A stretch of DNA of 64,000 nucleotides from Escherichia phage teqskov. The stretch lies in the sequence record NC_054934.1; one strand, 5' to 3'. Positions within the stretch are counted from its first letter, which is position 1, and each line of letters starts with the position of its first letter. Of this stretch, positions 30,333 through 39,942 are shown piece by piece. Below the pieces are notes generated by a model, which did no database searches, was not told where the DNA came from, and saw only the letters and a list, made by a program, of their open reading frames with translations. The position numbers were made by a program, and so were the translations under genes.

Positions 30333-30914
30333 ATGGCGAGTTTAATTTTTACTTATGCAGCAATGAATGCTGGAAAATCTGCTTCTCTTTTGACTGCTGC
30401 GCATAATTATAAAGAACGCGGAATGGGTGTATTAGTTCTTAAGCCTGCTATTGATACTCGCGATTCTGTCTGTGAAGTCGTTTCTCGCATTGGAATTAAA
30501 CAGGAAGCGAATATTATTACGGATGATATGGATATTTTTGAGTTCTATAAATGGGCTGAAGCACAAAAAGATATTCATTGCGTATTTGTAGATGAAGCCC
30601 AATTTTTAAAAACTGAACAAGTGCATCAATTGAGCCGAATTGTTGATACATATAATGTTCCTGTTATGGCTTATGGATTAAGGACTGATTTCGCTGGAAA
30701 ATTGTTTGAAGGTTCTAAAGAACTTTTAGCGATTGCAGATAAACTTATTGAACTAAAAGCAGTTTGTCATTGTGGTAAAAAAGCGATTATGACAGCTCGA
30801 TTAATGGAAGATGGAACACCAGTTAAAGAAGGTAATCAAATCTGTATTGGTGATGAAATTTATGTTTCTTTGTGTAGAAAACACTGGAATGAATTAACTA
30901 AAAAGCTCGGTTAG
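30333..30914 (+). CDS. tk: thymidine kinase
   Basis: 193 aa; P-loop AMNAGKS; C-terminal zinc-ribbon cysteines; T4 tk size. Confidence 0.9.
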   Translation: MASLIFTYAAMNAGKSASLLTAAHNYKERGMGVLVLKPAIDTRDSVCEVVSRIGIKQEANIITDDMDIFEFYKWAEAQKDIHCVFVDEAQFLKTEQVHQLSRIVDTYNVPVMAYGLRTDFAGKLFEGSKELLAIADKLIELKAVCHCGKKAIMTARLMEDGTPVKEGNQICIGDEIYVSLCRKHWNELTKKLG

Positions 30915-30956
30915 TGCAAAAGTTATAAATAGGTTTATCTAACTAAAGGGGTATAT

Positions 30957-31169
30957 ATGCTACAATTAACTGAAAAGCAACTTCGCAATCTTACTGTTCT
31001 TCAATTAGATGAAATTCGTAGGGAAGTTGGAAATGTTATTTCAGCTTTGCGTCGAGAAGTATCACTCAACCAATCTCCGGCAGACTATACTAGATTGCGA
31101 AATTTTGAAAAATACCTTGATAAAGTTAAGGCCGTGCATCGGCATAAAGTAAATACAGGACAAAAATGA
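30957..31169 (+). CDS. hypothetical protein (rI.1 position)
   Basis: 70 aa ORF between tk and rI. Confidence 0.5.
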   Translation: MLQLTEKQLRNLTVLQLDEIRREVGNVISALRREVSLNQSPADYTRLRNFEKYLDKVKAVHRHKVNTGQK

Positions 31170-31181
31170 TAGGAGGCCTTT

Positions 31182-31475
31182 ATGGCCTTAAAAGCAACGG
31201 CACTATTTGCCATGCTAGGATTGTCATTTGTTTTATCTCCATCGATTGAAGCGAATGTCGATCCTCATTTTGATAAATTTATGGAATCTGGTATTAGGCA
31301 CGTTTATATGCTTTTTGAAAATAAAAGCGTAGAATCGTCTGAACAATTCTATAGTTTTATGAGAACGACCTATAAAAATGACCCGTGCTCTTCTGATTTT
31401 GAATGTATAGAACGAGGCGCGGAGATGGCACAATCATACGCTAGAATTATGAACATTAAATTGGAGACTGAATGA
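31182..31475 (+). CDS. rI: lysis inhibition regulator RI
   Basis: 97 aa; N-terminal signal-anchor MALKATALFAMLGLSFVLSPSIEA; matches remembered T4 RI. Confidence 0.8.
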   Translation: MALKATALFAMLGLSFVLSPSIEANVDPHFDKFMESGIRHVYMLFENKSVESSEQFYSFMRTTYKNDPCSSDFECIERGAEMAQSYARIMNIKLETE

Positions 31476-31858
31476 AATTCAGCGACTTTTCACAAAGTGG
31501 AAAACCTTCAAAGGCAGATGAATACTTAGGTTTATTAATGGCTGCACAAGCTTATTTTCATTCTGCACATTTTGAAACTAAAAGTTATGCTAGACACAAA
31601 GCATACGATTTTATTTTCTCCGAGTTGCCAGATTTGATTGATAAATTTGGTGAGCAATATTTGGGGTATTCTGGTAGAAAATACACACCTTCAATTCCAG
31701 ATGCCAGTAAACTTCCTACCGACACAATTAAAATGATTGATCGCATACTAGACCAATCTAACAGCATTTATAAAGAAATGCCTCCAGCCATTCAAAGCAC
31801 GATAGATGATATTACTGGAATGTTTTACCAGAGTAAGTATCTTCTTTCCCTCGAATAA
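31472..31858 (+). CDS. hypothetical protein (rI.-1 position)
   Basis: 128 aa ORF overlapping rI stop. Confidence 0.55.
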   Translation: MKFSDFSQSGKPSKADEYLGLLMAAQAYFHSAHFETKSYARHKAYDFIFSELPDLIDKFGEQYLGYSGRKYTPSIPDASKLPTDTIKMIDRILDQSNSIYKEMPPAIQSTIDDITGMFYQSKYLLSLE

Positions 31859-31862
31859 CATT

Positions 31863-31886
31863 AGTCTCCTTCGGGAGACTTTTTTC
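31863..31886 (+). terminator. rho-independent terminator
   Basis: agtctccTTCGggagact followed by TTTTTT. Confidence 0.7.
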
Positions 31887-31895
31887 ATTTTACCG

Positions 31896-31925
31896 GTTTA
31901 CTTTCCGTTTGAGCTGTGGTACTAT
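31896..31925 (+). promoter_or_regulatory. early promoter cassette
   Basis: GTTTAC ... tgGTACTATacaac. Confidence 0.5.
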
Positions 31926-31953
31926 ACAACCATCGGATAAAGAGGAGAACATC

Positions 31954-32142
31954 ATGAAAATTGAAGCACTCAATCAAGAAGGAAATATCTACGTCATCAT
32001 TAATGGTGATTTTTTCGTCGACATGGATGAAGTTACTAGTGAAGAACTTGTAGAATTTCTTAAGAAACGTTATAATATGTGTGATGAAGTTGCAACTCAC
32101 ATGGCGTGTGCAATATTCTCTCTTTCATATGTGGTGGAATAA
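31954..32142 (+). CDS. hypothetical small protein
   Basis: 62 aa from ATG with SD GAGGAG. Confidence 0.45.
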   Translation: MKIEALNQEGNIYVIINGDFFVDMDEVTSEELVEFLKKRYNMCDEVATHMACAIFSLSYVVE

Positions 32143-32345
32143 TGATTAGTATCGAACAAGCGGATAAAATTAAGGAATTGGTAGCTTTAATTCGTAAAGC
32201 AGACGAGGAACGCATTAACTTTGCTTGGTATTCATCGGGTATTTCGAATAAAGGCATTAAAGACTTTGAAGCTAAAGTTGATAATGCTTTAGAAGCGTTA
32301 GATATGTTTCTTGATGAAATTATCGATCATAATACGAGAGTTTAA
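32142..32345 (+). CDS. hypothetical small protein
   Basis: 67 aa ORF. Confidence 0.45.
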   Translation: MISIEQADKIKELVALIRKADEERINFAWYSSGISNKGIKDFEAKVDNALEALDMFLDEIIDHNTRV

Positions 32346-32347
32346 GT

Positions 32348-32542
32348 ATGCTAACACGCGAACAGTTTGAAAAAATCATTAAATTAGCACGTGATATTGA
32401 AATAGATTCATATCAATTAGCAGTTGAGCATTGTGAAGGATATTCATACGACGGTATAGAAGCAGCTAAAAAGGATTTGGATAAATCCAAAGCTAAGTTA
32501 GTTCAATATCTTGAAATGATTAGGTGGAATAATGAAAACTGA
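32348..32542 (+). CDS. hypothetical small protein
   Basis: 64 aa ORF. Confidence 0.45.
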   Translation: MLTREQFEKIIKLARDIEIDSYQLAVEHCEGYSYDGIEAAKKDLDKSKAKLVQYLEMIRWNNEN

Positions 32543-32869
32543 AAAGCAGATGTTTTTAATGAAGCTAATTGAAGAATATGCTAATGCAGTTTCTGACTAT
32601 GAGTATTCTGCTCGGGAAAGAGGTACAGCTTTCGCAAAGGAAGAAATGAAAATCATGGTTGATGCTCATACAAAGCTTCAGAATTTTATCGAAAACGTCA
32701 TTTAATGGTTTACAAGTTGGCAAGGTTATGGTATAGTAATCTTGTCAACTGCCAAGGAGAAGAGAATGAAAGTTTTGTTTGTTGTGTATGTGATGATTCA
32801 ATATAATTACCCAATGTTTACTTATAATCTGGTGAACAACATTATTGATATGATTCAGAGGAGTATGTA

Positions 32870-33415
32870 ATGATGGGCGAGGCGAAACGATTAGTATTAG
32901 AAGTTAGTTCACTTTTTGGTGAATTGGCTATAGAAAAAGTAAATAATATGTATCGTTTGACACAAGAAGACGATATGCTATATTTTACTCCTAACGAAAT
33001 TATTCATTTAACCCAAATTGAAAATTCTTATACTGATAAAATTGTAAGCATTAATGATGAGCATAAAATTCATTTTTATTCTTTATGCCCAGGATTTAAC
33101 ATTGAAAGCGAGTCAATATGCTTATCAATTAATAATTGGGATAATTTTATAACTAAGATTAAATATTTTTATTATTCTAATGAAAGAAAACACAGTTTAA
33201 AATGGCTTAAAAATTGCAATGCTATTATTACTAACGCTTGCGATCAGAATGATGAAACTGTTTTAAATGTATCAAAATGTTATGAAGATGGAGATGTCTT
33301 AACTATTCGTCAAATTGATGATTTTCGAGCGCATATTGTCACATTTACCAAAGACGAAGCTATTGCACTAAAGACTTATCTTGATTCTGTTATTCCAACT
33401 ATGATTTCAAAGTGA
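32870..33415 (+). CDS. hypothetical protein, paralog A
   Basis: 181 aa; shares GFNIE[SD]E and C-terminal IRQ...KxEA.A...YL..V.P.M with the next ORF. Confidence 0.5.
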   Translation: MMGEAKRLVLEVSSLFGELAIEKVNNMYRLTQEDDMLYFTPNEIIHLTQIENSYTDKIVSINDEHKIHFYSLCPGFNIESESICLSINNWDNFITKIKYFYYSNERKHSLKWLKNCNAIITNACDQNDETVLNVSKCYEDGDVLTIRQIDDFRAHIVTFTKDEAIALKTYLDSVIPTMISK

Positions 33416-33421
33416 GGAAAT

Positions 33422-33943
33422 ATGTTTATTTCAAGTGGAAGCGGTTTAATTCGTGTTGAATTTAAAAATGACATCTTCCTTAGTCAAGGAGATGATATTA
33501 TTAAAATGAGTTATGACGAAATCAAGAAAATTTGTCATGCTCTTGAAAGTCATGGAAAAGTGAACGCTGTTATTGATATTGGCGATTTATGGGTGACACT
33601 TTATGAAGTATCCGAAGGATTTAACATTGAAGATGAAAATAACATTTTAGCTATTGATAAAAGAAGTGATTTGTTTGATGTATTAAAAGTTTATGAACAG
33701 TCAAATGGCGGAAGAAAAGCTGCATTGATTTATCAAAAACCGCATTCATGTGGAACTGCTTCAATCATTTCAAATATTGAAGATGAAGTTGATACTTATA
33801 TGTGTGTTTTAAAAGCTGGTGGTGACCGTCATCCGGATTTTATTTCTATTCGTCAAAACAATGGAGAAATTTCATTATCAAAATCAGAAGCTGAAGCTAT
33901 GATTAAGTATTTAACAACTGTTACGCCTTCAATGAAAGGATAA
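33422..33943 (+). CDS. hypothetical protein, paralog B
   Basis: 173 aa; same motifs as 32870..33415. Confidence 0.5.
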   Translation: MFISSGSGLIRVEFKNDIFLSQGDDIIKMSYDEIKKICHALESHGKVNAVIDIGDLWVTLYEVSEGFNIEDENNILAIDKRSDLFDVLKVYEQSNGGRKAALIYQKPHSCGTASIISNIEDEVDTYMCVLKAGGDRHPDFISIRQNNGEISLSKSEAEAMIKYLTTVTPSMKG

Positions 33944-33945
33944 TT

Positions 33946-34407
33946 ATGATTATTAATGAAAACTCTTGGCACTATAAATTATTCAAATTGTTTAACGATG
34001 AATGGCAACGACCTAAGACACTATGCGCATATTTTTGGTCTATTGCCATTCCTACATTTTTCGTTTCTATTTTTGGATGTGCTATACTCGTAGGGCTAAC
34101 AATTATTTGTGCAGAAAGCCTACAACGTTGGCTTATTTTTGGTAGTTTATGGACTTTGCTTCCATCAGCATTTATACTTGCGCTTTTGGTTGTTTTACTT
34201 ATTATCGGTTCATTTGTTATTCCTGCACATTTGCGTGAAAAATATAAAGATTATAAATGGAAAAAGGATTATGCTTTACACGTAGAAAATATTGATAGGG
34301 CGTATAAAGGTTTACCTCCTATTCAACCTAAGAAATCGATTATCGTCGAATTTTTAAAAGCTCGTAAAGCTAAAGTATGTCCTGTTATTGAATATAAGGC
34401 TGAATGA
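33946..34407 (+). CDS. membrane protein
   Basis: 153 aa with hydrophobic helices; stop overlaps next ATG. Confidence 0.5.
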   Translation: MIINENSWHYKLFKLFNDEWQRPKTLCAYFWSIAIPTFFVSIFGCAILVGLTIICAESLQRWLIFGSLWTLLPSAFILALLVVLLIIGSFVIPAHLREKYKDYKWKKDYALHVENIDRAYKGLPPIQPKKSIIVEFLKARKAKVCPVIEYKAE

Positions 34408-35417
34408 TGAAAACAGTAATGAAAAGCTATTTTGGTAGTCATCTTTATGGAACTTCTACCCCAGAATCTGATGTAGATTTTAAAGAAATCTTTGTTCCTC
34501 CTGCTCGCGATATTCTTATCGGAAATGTCAAAGAGCACATGAGTAAAAACACTAACAATACATCATCTAAAAACACTAAAGATGATATTGACCATGAACT
34601 ATACAGTCTTAAATATTTCTTTAAATTAGCAGCAGATGGTGAAACTGTAGCATTGGATATGCTTCACACTCCACCTGAACTAGTGGTTAAATCTGATTTG
34701 CCTGATGTGTGGAAGTTTATTCAAGACAACCGTTCTCGTTTTTATACGACTAACATGAAATCCTATTTAGGATATGTCCGCAAGCAAGCTTCTAAATACG
34801 GTGTCAAGGGTTCTCGTTTGGCTGCATTACGCGATGTATTGAAAGTAGTTAATCAAATCCCTGAGCAATGGGTTGATTACCAAGAAGACGGTTCCATTAA
34901 GCAGCGTCGTACTAAAGTTGAAGATATTAAGCATCGTCTTCCAGAAAACGAATTCTGTGAATGGGTGTTCCATAATCATGAGAAAACAGGCCCACAGACG
35001 TTTTACACAGTGTTGGGTCGTAAATATCAGACAACGCTTTCTCTTATTGAGCTTAAGCAGTCACTGAACAAATTAGATGCTGAATACGGTGAACGTGCTC
35101 GTAAGGCTGAAGCCAATGAAGGTATTGATTGGAAAGCACTAAGTCATGCTTGTCGTGGTGGACTTCAACTATTGGAAATTTACAAAACTGGCGACTTGAT
35201 TTATCCACTCCAAGATGCTCCATTTATTCTCGACGTGAAGTTGGGTAAACATCCATTTAAAACAGTTCAAGAGTTTTTGGAAGATGTGGTCGATCAAGTA
35301 GAAGCAGCATCTACTGAAGCTTCTAAGAACGGTATGCAGCAAAAAGTAGACATGAGTTTCTGGGATGACTTCCTTGAGAAGGTCTATCTTGAAAACCACC
35401 GAAGTTATTATAAATGA
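34404..35417 (+). CDS. predicted Pol-beta-superfamily nucleotidyltransferase
   Basis: 337 aa; N-terminal GSHLYGTSTPESDVDF fits G[SG]-x9-13-DxD. Confidence 0.55.
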   Translation: MMKTVMKSYFGSHLYGTSTPESDVDFKEIFVPPARDILIGNVKEHMSKNTNNTSSKNTKDDIDHELYSLKYFFKLAADGETVALDMLHTPPELVVKSDLPDVWKFIQDNRSRFYTTNMKSYLGYVRKQASKYGVKGSRLAALRDVLKVVNQIPEQWVDYQEDGSIKQRRTKVEDIKHRLPENEFCEWVFHNHEKTGPQTFYTVLGRKYQTTLSLIELKQSLNKLDAEYGERARKAEANEGIDWKALSHACRGGLQLLEIYKTGDLIYPLQDAPFILDVKLGKHPFKTVQEFLEDVVDQVEAASTEASKNGMQQKVDMSFWDDFLEKVYLENHRSYYK

Positions 35418-35419
35418 TA

Positions 35420-35444
35420 GGGAGCCTTCGGGCTCCCTTTTTTA
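35420..35444 (+). terminator. rho-independent terminator
   Basis: gggagccTTCGggctccc followed by TTTTTT. Confidence 0.7.
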
Positions 35445-35465
35445 TTTAAATTTTTTCACAAAATG

Positions 35466-35500
35466 GTTTACAAGCATAAAGCTTTGTGGTACTATACAAC
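35466..35500 (+). promoter_or_regulatory. early promoter cassette (PeSL-like)
   Basis: ttttcacaaaatgGTTTACa ... tgGTACTATacaactatcaactgatac. Confidence 0.55.
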
Positions 35501-35529
35501 TATCAACTGATACGGATTTGGAGAATAAA

Positions 35530-36498
35530 ATGAAAACTGTAACTATCAATAAGGGTATCTACTTCGGTAAAGAAATCTCTGGAACTTTTGAGCTCTTAGG
35601 CGAATGGTTCCCAGATAATGCTCCGGTAGATGCACAAGGAGATGGTAAAGTTTTTGTTGAAATTGACGGTAAGCGTCGCGGTGTTTGGGTTTACAAATCA
35701 GACATTTCATATGATGGTGTAAAAGTTGAAGAAGTTAAAGAATCGTATGAAGATATGAAAACCCGCATTAATAAAAGATTTAATGTTATGGGAATGATGA
35801 CGAATGGTATTATTAATGGAAATATTCGTTCATTAATTATCTCTGGCGCAGCAGGTATCGGTAAAACGTATTCTTTAGATAAAGCTTTAAATAAAGCAAA
35901 TGATATTGGATACATTGAATATAAAAGCATTAACGGTAAAATCTCCGGTATCGGTCTTTATGAACAGCTTTGGAATAATCGTGAAGAGAATTCTGTCCTT
36001 TTGATTGATGATGTGGATGTTTTCTCTGATATGGACATTCTTAATCTTCTGAAAGCTGCTCTGGACACTGGAGAGACCCGTAAAGTCTGCTGGAGCACTG
36101 CATCTTCTTACTTGGAAGAAAAAGGCATTGACCGTGAGTTTGAATTTAAAGGAACGATTGTTTTTATCACAAACGTTGACATTGACCGCGAATTAGACCG
36201 TGGTACTAAACTTGCTCCACATTTACAAGCATTAGTGTCCCGCTCGGTTTATTTGGATTTGGGTGTTCACACTAATGAAGAAATTATGGTCAGGGTTGAA
36301 GATGTTATTCTTTCAACTGACATGATGCAAAAGCGCGGTCTTTCTGATGAAGAAACTTATAAAGCATTATCATGGATGAAAGTCAATGTTAATCGTTTAC
36401 GCAATGTTTCACTGCGTACTGCTCTTTATCTTGCTGACTTTATTATGACCGACAAAAATGGTTGGGAAGAAATTGCTGAGGTTACTCTTCTGAAATAA
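35530..36498 (+). CDS. P-loop ATPase (AAA-like)
   Basis: 322 aa from ATG after SD GGAG; Walker A GAAGIGKT, Walker B VLLIDDVD, sensor-like TIVFITN. Confidence 0.55.
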   Translation: MKTVTINKGIYFGKEISGTFELLGEWFPDNAPVDAQGDGKVFVEIDGKRRGVWVYKSDISYDGVKVEEVKESYEDMKTRINKRFNVMGMMTNGIINGNIRSLIISGAAGIGKTYSLDKALNKANDIGYIEYKSINGKISGIGLYEQLWNNREENSVLLIDDVDVFSDMDILNLLKAALDTGETRKVCWSTASSYLEEKGIDREFEFKGTIVFITNVDIDRELDRGTKLAPHLQALVSRSVYLDLGVHTNEEIMVRVEDVILSTDMMQKRGLSDEETYKALSWMKVNVNRLRNVSLRTALYLADFIMTDKNGWEEIAEVTLLK

Positions 36499-36599
36499 TT
36501 CATAAGAGGCCTTCTATGACAAAAAGGCAGTTCAGAAATAGATTATATGGACTGCCATCAAAAAGATGACTAGAATTAAACTGGTAAATGGAGGTAATG

Positions 36600-36902
36600 A
36601 TGTTATACTCAAAGGCTCGTGAAATTTACGAAACTAAAATTAAAGAAGCAGTATTTCAGTTCGCAACGACAATGCGTTGGACAAATGACTGGGAGTATTC
36701 AAAAAATCATAAGAAGCCCATGGTGACAAGAAAGGCTCATATGTTAGTGTTAATAGACCGTGAGCAGATTAAAGCCCGAGAAGCCCTCCAGAATCATAAA
36801 AAGGCTGCCTTTGAATGGTTTATGGATAACACTGCTCCTGAGACTAAGAAAGCGGTAAGTGCATGGTTCAGTGGAAAAAATTGTGAAAGAAGTTTCTTTT
36901 AG
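36600..36902 (+). CDS. hypothetical protein
   Basis: 100 aa from ATG 5 nt after GGAGG. Confidence 0.45.
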   Translation: MLYSKAREIYETKIKEAVFQFATTMRWTNDWEYSKNHKKPMVTRKAHMLVLIDREQIKAREALQNHKKAAFEWFMDNTAPETKKAVSAWFSGKNCERSFF

Positions 36903-36904
36903 TG

Positions 36905-36940
36905 GTTTACAAGACTGTTCCTCTGTGGTACTATACAACT
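36905..36940 (+). promoter_or_regulatory. early promoter cassette
   Basis: GTTTACaagactgttcctctgtgGTACTATacaactatcaactac, same core as 61842-61890. Confidence 0.55.
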
Positions 36941-36962
36941 ATCAACTACGGAGGAACACAAA

Positions 36963-37490
36963 ATGAACGCTAAAGATATTTTCAACCTGGTAAATTACAA
37001 CGATGGTAAATTTAAATCAGAAGCACAAAGAAAGTTCTTTAATGACATCTCAATCGGAGGTGAAATCACTGTTGATGGAGGACAAATTTACAAATCTCGT
37101 TGGAATTGGATCGTTATTATCGATGAGATTGGTATTGTAGAAATTTACAAGAATACGAATAAAAATCGTACATTACACTGGTCTCGTGATACTAACGAAC
37201 AGTACAAAAAGGATAAAGCATCTAAATTATCTCGTGTAACTCAAGAAGATATTGAGTTCATCAAGAAAGATATTTTGATGTATGATAACTTAATTGCTGA
37301 AGAGCAAGCTGTTATTGATAAATTTGACGAGATTAAAGCTTCTCGTGAAATTCCTGATTTTATGAAAGAATCAGTAAATGAACGATACACTCTCATTTCA
37401 GAGCGTATTGAAACTTACAAAAAGCAAAGAGCTGAACGCCAAAATACTCTTCGGAAGTTTGAAGAACGGTTAAAGACGGTACTCGCATAA
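36963..37490 (+). CDS. hypothetical protein with C-terminal coiled coil
   Basis: 175 aa ORF. Confidence 0.5.
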   Translation: MNAKDIFNLVNYNDGKFKSEAQRKFFNDISIGGEITVDGGQIYKSRWNWIVIIDEIGIVEIYKNTNKNRTLHWSRDTNEQYKKDKASKLSRVTQEDIEFIKKDILMYDNLIAEEQAVIDKFDEIKASREIPDFMKESVNERYTLISERIETYKKQRAERQNTLRKFEERLKTVLA

Positions 37491-37545
37491 CCGCTTTATA
37501 CCAAGGATGGTATAATGGTTCTAAGCCCTTTTAATTGAGATTATT

Positions 37546-37953
37546 ATGAAACAGTTGATAATTAAAAGATTGAATTTATTGATATGTTGTTTATGTATAG
37601 TAATTGCATATGGTTATTACGCAATTAATGATTATATGCATTATAAAGATTATGATGTTACTGTAGTTAATACCCTTACAGGAACTCAAGGAAAGGGGTC
37701 TAGTTTATCGTTTATTGCTGTATATGAACTCAAAGACGGTTATAGATTTAGTGAATATATTTCCCCAGAGATGTATTCATCAATAGAAAAAGGCGATAAT
37801 ATTACTGTAAGTTTACGTCCTTTCGACGTAAAACAGACATTGTTTGATAATATTGTTTGGTTCTTTGGAATGGTATTAGTTCAATCTGTGTGTGGTGCTT
37901 ATATAGTCTGTTCTATCTTATTCTGTATATTTAGTAAAATTGAAATTGAGTGA
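37546..37953 (+). CDS. membrane protein
   Basis: 135 aa, N- and C-terminal hydrophobic helices. Confidence 0.5.
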   Translation: MKQLIIKRLNLLICCLCIVIAYGYYAINDYMHYKDYDVTVVNTLTGTQGKGSSLSFIAVYELKDGYRFSEYISPEMYSSIEKGDNITVSLRPFDVKQTLFDNIVWFFGMVLVQSVCGAYIVCSILFCIFSKIEIE

Positions 37954-37960
37954 GGAAAAT

Positions 37961-38851
37961 ATGTCAGTAGTAATTAATAATGTCAATGCAGTAATTAAAT
38001 CTTTAGTTAATAAGAAAATGATGAATGAATGGACTGTACTTCGTCGTGGAGAGCCAGATAAATTTTTTCATAGATTTAACCCAACTTTGGATTTGAATGT
38101 TATTGATAAAGATGTTCATGCAGAAATTTTAGATAAGTTTAAAGTTGATATTGGATTTGGATTAGAAAAACATTTACAGCGAACAAACGGATCTGGAATG
38201 AGTTTATCTAATCGCATTATGAAAGCACTTAATAAAATTGGAGCATTGTCTCGTATTAACGCGAGTGAAATCCTTCGCAATTATAATAAAGGATACGACC
38301 TTTATGGTCGACTAATGCCGAAATTATCATTTGACCAAATGATTGCGGATTTGTGGGAAAATCAACGACGATTATTAGCATTAGGCGCTCGATTAGCTAA
38401 AGGTCTAGATAAACAAATGATTTTTAAGACCAATAATACAGAAGACCTTAAATGCTTTAAATTTAGTATTCGCGGAGATGATTATTACATCAGAGCTCGC
38501 TCTACAGATTATGTTAATATGGGGCATCATCTCTGTTTAGCTTTTGAAGTTTTAAAAGAAGTCGGAACATTAGAATATTCATCTGGTGCAAAATGTCCAA
38601 TTGGTTCAAGTTGTATTTTAATTTATCGCCCGGATGAATCCAGTTCAACTAAATTGCCTACAAAACCTGTACCAGTTCGTAGTAACGAAAAACATTCTGA
38701 ACAAATTGATTATTTTAATAAGCAAATTGAAGAGCTGAATATTTCTATTCAACAGTATGACGATGAAATTTTCAGACTATCTGGATTGAGTAGTAAAGCT
38801 AAATCTGAGCGTGAAAAATTAATTAAAATTGTTGATTTACTTAAATCTTAA
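37961..38851 (+). CDS. hypothetical protein with C-terminal coiled coil (tandem set 1 of 4)
   Basis: 296 aa from ATG after SD GAGGAAAA; track start 37940 is TTG. Confidence 0.5.
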   Translation: MSVVINNVNAVIKSLVNKKMMNEWTVLRRGEPDKFFHRFNPTLDLNVIDKDVHAEILDKFKVDIGFGLEKHLQRTNGSGMSLSNRIMKALNKIGALSRINASEILRNYNKGYDLYGRLMPKLSFDQMIADLWENQRRLLALGARLAKGLDKQMIFKTNNTEDLKCFKFSIRGDDYYIRARSTDYVNMGHHLCLAFEVLKEVGTLEYSSGAKCPIGSSCILIYRPDESSSTKLPTKPVPVRSNEKHSEQIDYFNKQIEELNISIQQYDDEIFRLSGLSSKAKSEREKLIKIVDLLKS

Positions 38852-38859
38852 GGAACACT

Positions 38860-39885
38860 ATGAAAACTCGTTCTCAAATTGAAGATATGGTTCGTAATGC
38901 CAGCTATACTCGTGATGTTATGACATTTTTGTGCCAAAATAATTTAGACCCTGATAAAGTTAATCGTGATATTCACTTTAAGTATATGAATAGCAGTGAA
39001 TGGTTACGTCATTTTGATAAAGCTGGATATATTACACAAATGACTGCTCGTGAGCAGCTCACCGATTTCTGTAAAACTATTGATTATAAAAATCCTCTAT
39101 TTGTTCAAGGCGTCGGTCAGAGTAAGGTTGATTTATCAACAGGATTTTTTAATCCAAATCATTATCGTCTTGAATGGAGATTTATTGCTCTATTCCGTAA
39201 ACAATTAAAGCAAATTTTGTCTACTGCTAGTCGATTAAAAGGCTCTGATATTAACTTAAAGAATTTGAAATTTGATGGTTATACTCTTCAGATGGAAGTA
39301 AGACCGTTAAAAGAAAATAATAGAACTGCACGAATTAGCTTTAAACCTAATACAAAAAATTCTCTTTCAATTTGTGAATGTCTTAAATCACAGTTGACAG
39401 AAGCATTTAAGTATATGGATGTTGTTGCTGCTGTTCAATCTAAGATTTTACCTCGTTTTGAACGATTTAAATTAGACACAACAACATATGAACTTGATAT
39501 GGTTGTTTCATTTAAATATGATTTTTTGAGAAAGGACGAAGTCCCGCAAGAGAAAAAGCAGGAAGTACAAGATAACTTAAATTTAAATTTATCCAATTAC
39601 TTATCAAACGATCCTAAATTTTGGATGTATAGTTCAGGTAATAAAGATGCATGGAAATTTAATAAAGTGAATTTTCTTCCTATTGAAAATCCGAGTCTTA
39701 AACCTGTTGAAAAATGGCACGCGGATGCGATTGAGAAGTCTATCAAGGCAGTAGATGATGAACTCGTTAAAGCTACCAATGAAGTGTTAGAAGCTGAAAA
39801 GATGCTAGAAAAAGCACAAGAAAAAGTCAAAAATCTGACAAAGCAACGTTCTAAACTGAACAATGCACTAAATGCACTAAACTAG
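38860..39885 (+). CDS. hypothetical protein with C-terminal coiled coil (set 2 of 4)
   Basis: 341 aa; N-terminus MKTR; C-terminal 60 aa heptad-rich. Confidence 0.5.
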   Translation: MKTRSQIEDMVRNASYTRDVMTFLCQNNLDPDKVNRDIHFKYMNSSEWLRHFDKAGYITQMTAREQLTDFCKTIDYKNPLFVQGVGQSKVDLSTGFFNPNHYRLEWRFIALFRKQLKQILSTASRLKGSDINLKNLKFDGYTLQMEVRPLKENNRTARISFKPNTKNSLSICECLKSQLTEAFKYMDVVAAVQSKILPRFERFKLDTTTYELDMVVSFKYDFLRKDEVPQEKKQEVQDNLNLNLSNYLSNDPKFWMYSSGNKDAWKFNKVNFLPIENPSLKPVEKWHADAIEKSIKAVDDELVKATNEVLEAEKMLEKAQEKVKNLTKQRSKLNNALNALN

Positions 39886-39914
39886 TTTACTTTGCCACAA
39901 GGATGTGGTATAAT
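39885..39914 (+). promoter_or_regulatory. early promoter
   Basis: GTTTAC, spacer, TGgTATAAT. Confidence 0.55.
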
Positions 39915-39942
39915 GTTCTTACTTTCTACTGAGGAGATTATT

